Assembly: GCA_900617105.1 (NCBI GenBank)
Contig: UYFQ01000527.1
Span: 1 to 36,461, forward strand
DNA from: Hydrurus foetidus
Taxonomy: Eukaryota
Direction: 5' to 3'
DNA: 36,461 nucleotides
Every line of letters begins with the position of its first letter. Within the stretch, counting starts at the first letter, position 1. Below the pieces are notes generated by a model. It was not told where the DNA came from. It did not search any database and saw only the letters and a list, made by a program, of their open reading frames with translations. A program made the translations under genes and the position numbers. Positions 35,989-36,461 of the stretch are shown piece by piece.

Positions 35989-36461
35989 GTAAGACTCTTC
36001 TAACGCTTGATTCTTGCTTGAACATGCACAAAAATTTAGCTACTGAACTTTAATACGCCAAAGGCTGACGCCAAATGTTCCATTCCACCGAAAATTTTTG
36101 ATGCCATTTTTGTCTAAAAAAATAGTTCCTCTCTATTTTGCAACTGAGCCGCTCAATTCACACGAAATTCTGAGGGAAGTAGCAAAGTATATCTGTCATG
36201 ATGCTTGCAAATTCTTAGCGTCTCATGTATTATCTGGCATTTGCTGTTATAATTACAAGCGTTCAAAAACATCACCTCAATATCACCACCAATTTTGCAA
36301 ATATCTCGCGGATTATTACTCTGCTGATAGAATAGAATATTGTGGTCATTACATTACACACTGAATAGAATGTCTTGAAGATTTCGCAGTAGAGCATAAC
36401 AAATTGTAATTAAAAGCATTCTTATCCTGAGAAAAGCGCTCTTTCATGGACAGCTTTTGAA

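Overview
Eukaryotic, intron-containing genomic DNA, most likely from a flagellated stramenopile-type protist (inference from gene content). It has three blocks. (1) 1..~6.7 kb is a spliced, minus-strand Helitron-class RepHel gene (OTU protease, Zn-finger/DUF6570-like, HUH Rep, PIF1 helicase) that runs off the left edge. (2) ~6.8-26.6 kb holds host genes: SKP1, CFAP251/WDR66, SWI3/SMARCC, UTP11, an unknown signal-peptide protein, an ankyrin protein, an ELMOD3-like protein, an ArfGAP-FYVE protein and a Prx5-type peroxiredoxin. (3) 26716..35549 is a decayed hAT transposon with 21-bp TIRs and an apparent 6-bp TSD. Three further TIR elements have inserted into its left end: a 1.26-kb non-autonomous element, a 4.4-kb pogo-like DD35D element and a 208-bp MITE. 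The best novelty candidates are a spliced stand-alone HIRAN-domain gene inside the pogo TIRs, which the ORF track only half shows, and a ~207-nt strand-biased structured RNA candidate just 3' of the hAT transposase. All domain calls come from motif recognition by eye, not from database searches.
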